The notes under the pieces: generated by a model
Database searches by the model: none
Seen by the model: only the letters and a program-made list of their open reading frames with translations
Told to the model about the DNA's origin: nothing
Made by a program: the position numbers and the translations under genes
In this document: positions 43,193 to 43,807 of the stretch, piece after piece
Layout of the letters: the number at the start of each line of letters is the position of its first letter
How positions within the stretch are numbered: position 1 is the first letter of the stretch
DNA from: a virus
DNA: 43,807 bases
Strand: one strand, 5' to 3'
IMG/VR virus record: IMGVR_UViG_3300020429_000529
Span: 454,762 to 498,568 of that record

Positions 43193-43402
43193 ATGAAACT
43201 GCGCCGACCCAAGTTCTATGAAGTTTGTTACATTATCGTTATCATTGTTTCAGCCGTTTCGGTACTGCTTAGCGTTCACACAATGGGATACAATCAGGGA
43301 TTCAGAGAGGCGTTTCTTCCTCGGCAAGAGAGACTATGGAACTCACTGACCTCAACCGATGCAGAACAACAGAATGAGCAAGACCCAAGTATCCTCGAAT
43401 AA
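43193..43402 (+). CDS. small membrane protein (69 aa)
   Basis: Shine-Dalgarno site GGTAGGAG. Local GC is lower. The protein has one transmembrane helix. The cassette for the next gene is embedded in its 3' end. Confidence 0.45.
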   Translation: MKLRRPKFYEVCYIIVIIVSAVSVLLSVHTMGYNQGFREAFLPRQERLWNSLTSTDAEQQNEQDPSILE

Positions 43403-43568
43403 GCTTCCCGCATTCCGAATTGTCTTCGATGACGGAGACATCATCGAAACAAGCATGGCCGCAGGTATCACCCTCGAACAGGCCAAAGCCTACTACATCG
43501 GGCAGCCGTTCGTGAAGGCCGATGAGCGGACATTCCGCCGAGGCGTCAGCGTCGAGCAAATCCACTGA
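43374..43568 (+). CDS. hypothetical protein (64 aa)
   Basis: CACTGAC, then 22 nt, then ATGAGCAAG. Confidence 0.5.
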   Translation: MSKTQVSSNKLPAFRIVFDDGDIIETSMAAGITLEQAKAYYIGQPFVKADERTFRRGVSVEQIH

Positions 43569-43591
43569 CCCCTCAGAGAGCAGGTAGGAAC

Positions 43592-43807
43592 ATGAGCAGC
43601 GCCCAAACCAACCGAATCGTCCAGACCGAGTACGGCCCCGTTGTCTGCGAAGCCAACCCCGAAGGGCTCGTCATGGTCCGCACGCCCGAAGCCCTCAACG
43701 GCAGAGGCACCGACCCCAAAGCCCTCGAACCCCTCGACGGAGGCGGACAACGCTACCGAATATCATTCTTTGTCAACGCCGACACCAATGAGATCGTCGG
43801 GCACCAC
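43592..43807 (+). CDS. hypothetical protein, 3' truncated by the window edge
   Basis: CCACTGAC, then 21 nt, then ATGAGCAGC. There is no stop before the window ends. Confidence 0.5.
   Translation, partial: MSSAQTNRIVQTEYGPVVCEANPEGLVMVRTPEALNGRGTDPKALEPLDGGGQRYRISFFVNADTNEIVGHH

Noticed and set aside
1-43807. CRISPR arrays, rRNA, and integrase, transposase or attachment-site features
   Set aside because: No regularly spaced direct repeats with unique spacers were found. No rRNA-like sequence was found. No ORF had recombinase motifs. The recurrent CACTGAC and 12-mer motifs are single short elements tied to gene starts, not repeat-spacer arrays.

Overview
This window looks like part of a high-GC (~60%) bacteriophage genome, or a large prophage or mobile region. 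Every gene I accept is on the + strand.

It divides into three parts.

(1) Left arm, 1-10.9 kb. About 16 genes, most with Shine-Dalgarno sites and σ70-like promoters. They include a 5'-truncated DnaB-like helicase, a GHKL-ATPase protein with a C-terminal HExxH motif, a protein with an Mrr_N-like winged helix, a calcineurin-like phosphoesterase and an ankyrin-like protein.

(2) RNA island, 8.1-13.5 kb. Fifteen tRNA or tRNA-like genes lie here. Several are structurally anomalous: class-I scaffolds carrying Leu anticodons, and class-II scaffolds carrying GTG and GAT anticodons. Two ~166-nt 'giant' tRNA-shaped RNAs and about 1 kb of apparently non-coding sequence ending in a strong terminator are also here.

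(3) Right arm, 13.5-43.8 kb. About 75 small, tightly packed ORFan genes, many overlapping by ATGA. Nearly all are organised by a rigid repeated cassette: CCACTGAC, then 21-23 nt, then (GC)ATGAGCAAC, so that most proteins begin Met-Ser-Asn/Lys/Ser. This cassette is punctuated about 12 times by a hairpin terminator followed by a perfectly conserved 12-mer, CAAAGATAGGTG. Recognisable domains in this arm are sparse: a J-domain, a SWIM zinc finger, zinc ribbons, small membrane proteins and a winged helix.

I found no CRISPR array, rRNA, or integrase or transposase. The long minus-strand ORFs are antisense artefacts of a high-GC3 genome.
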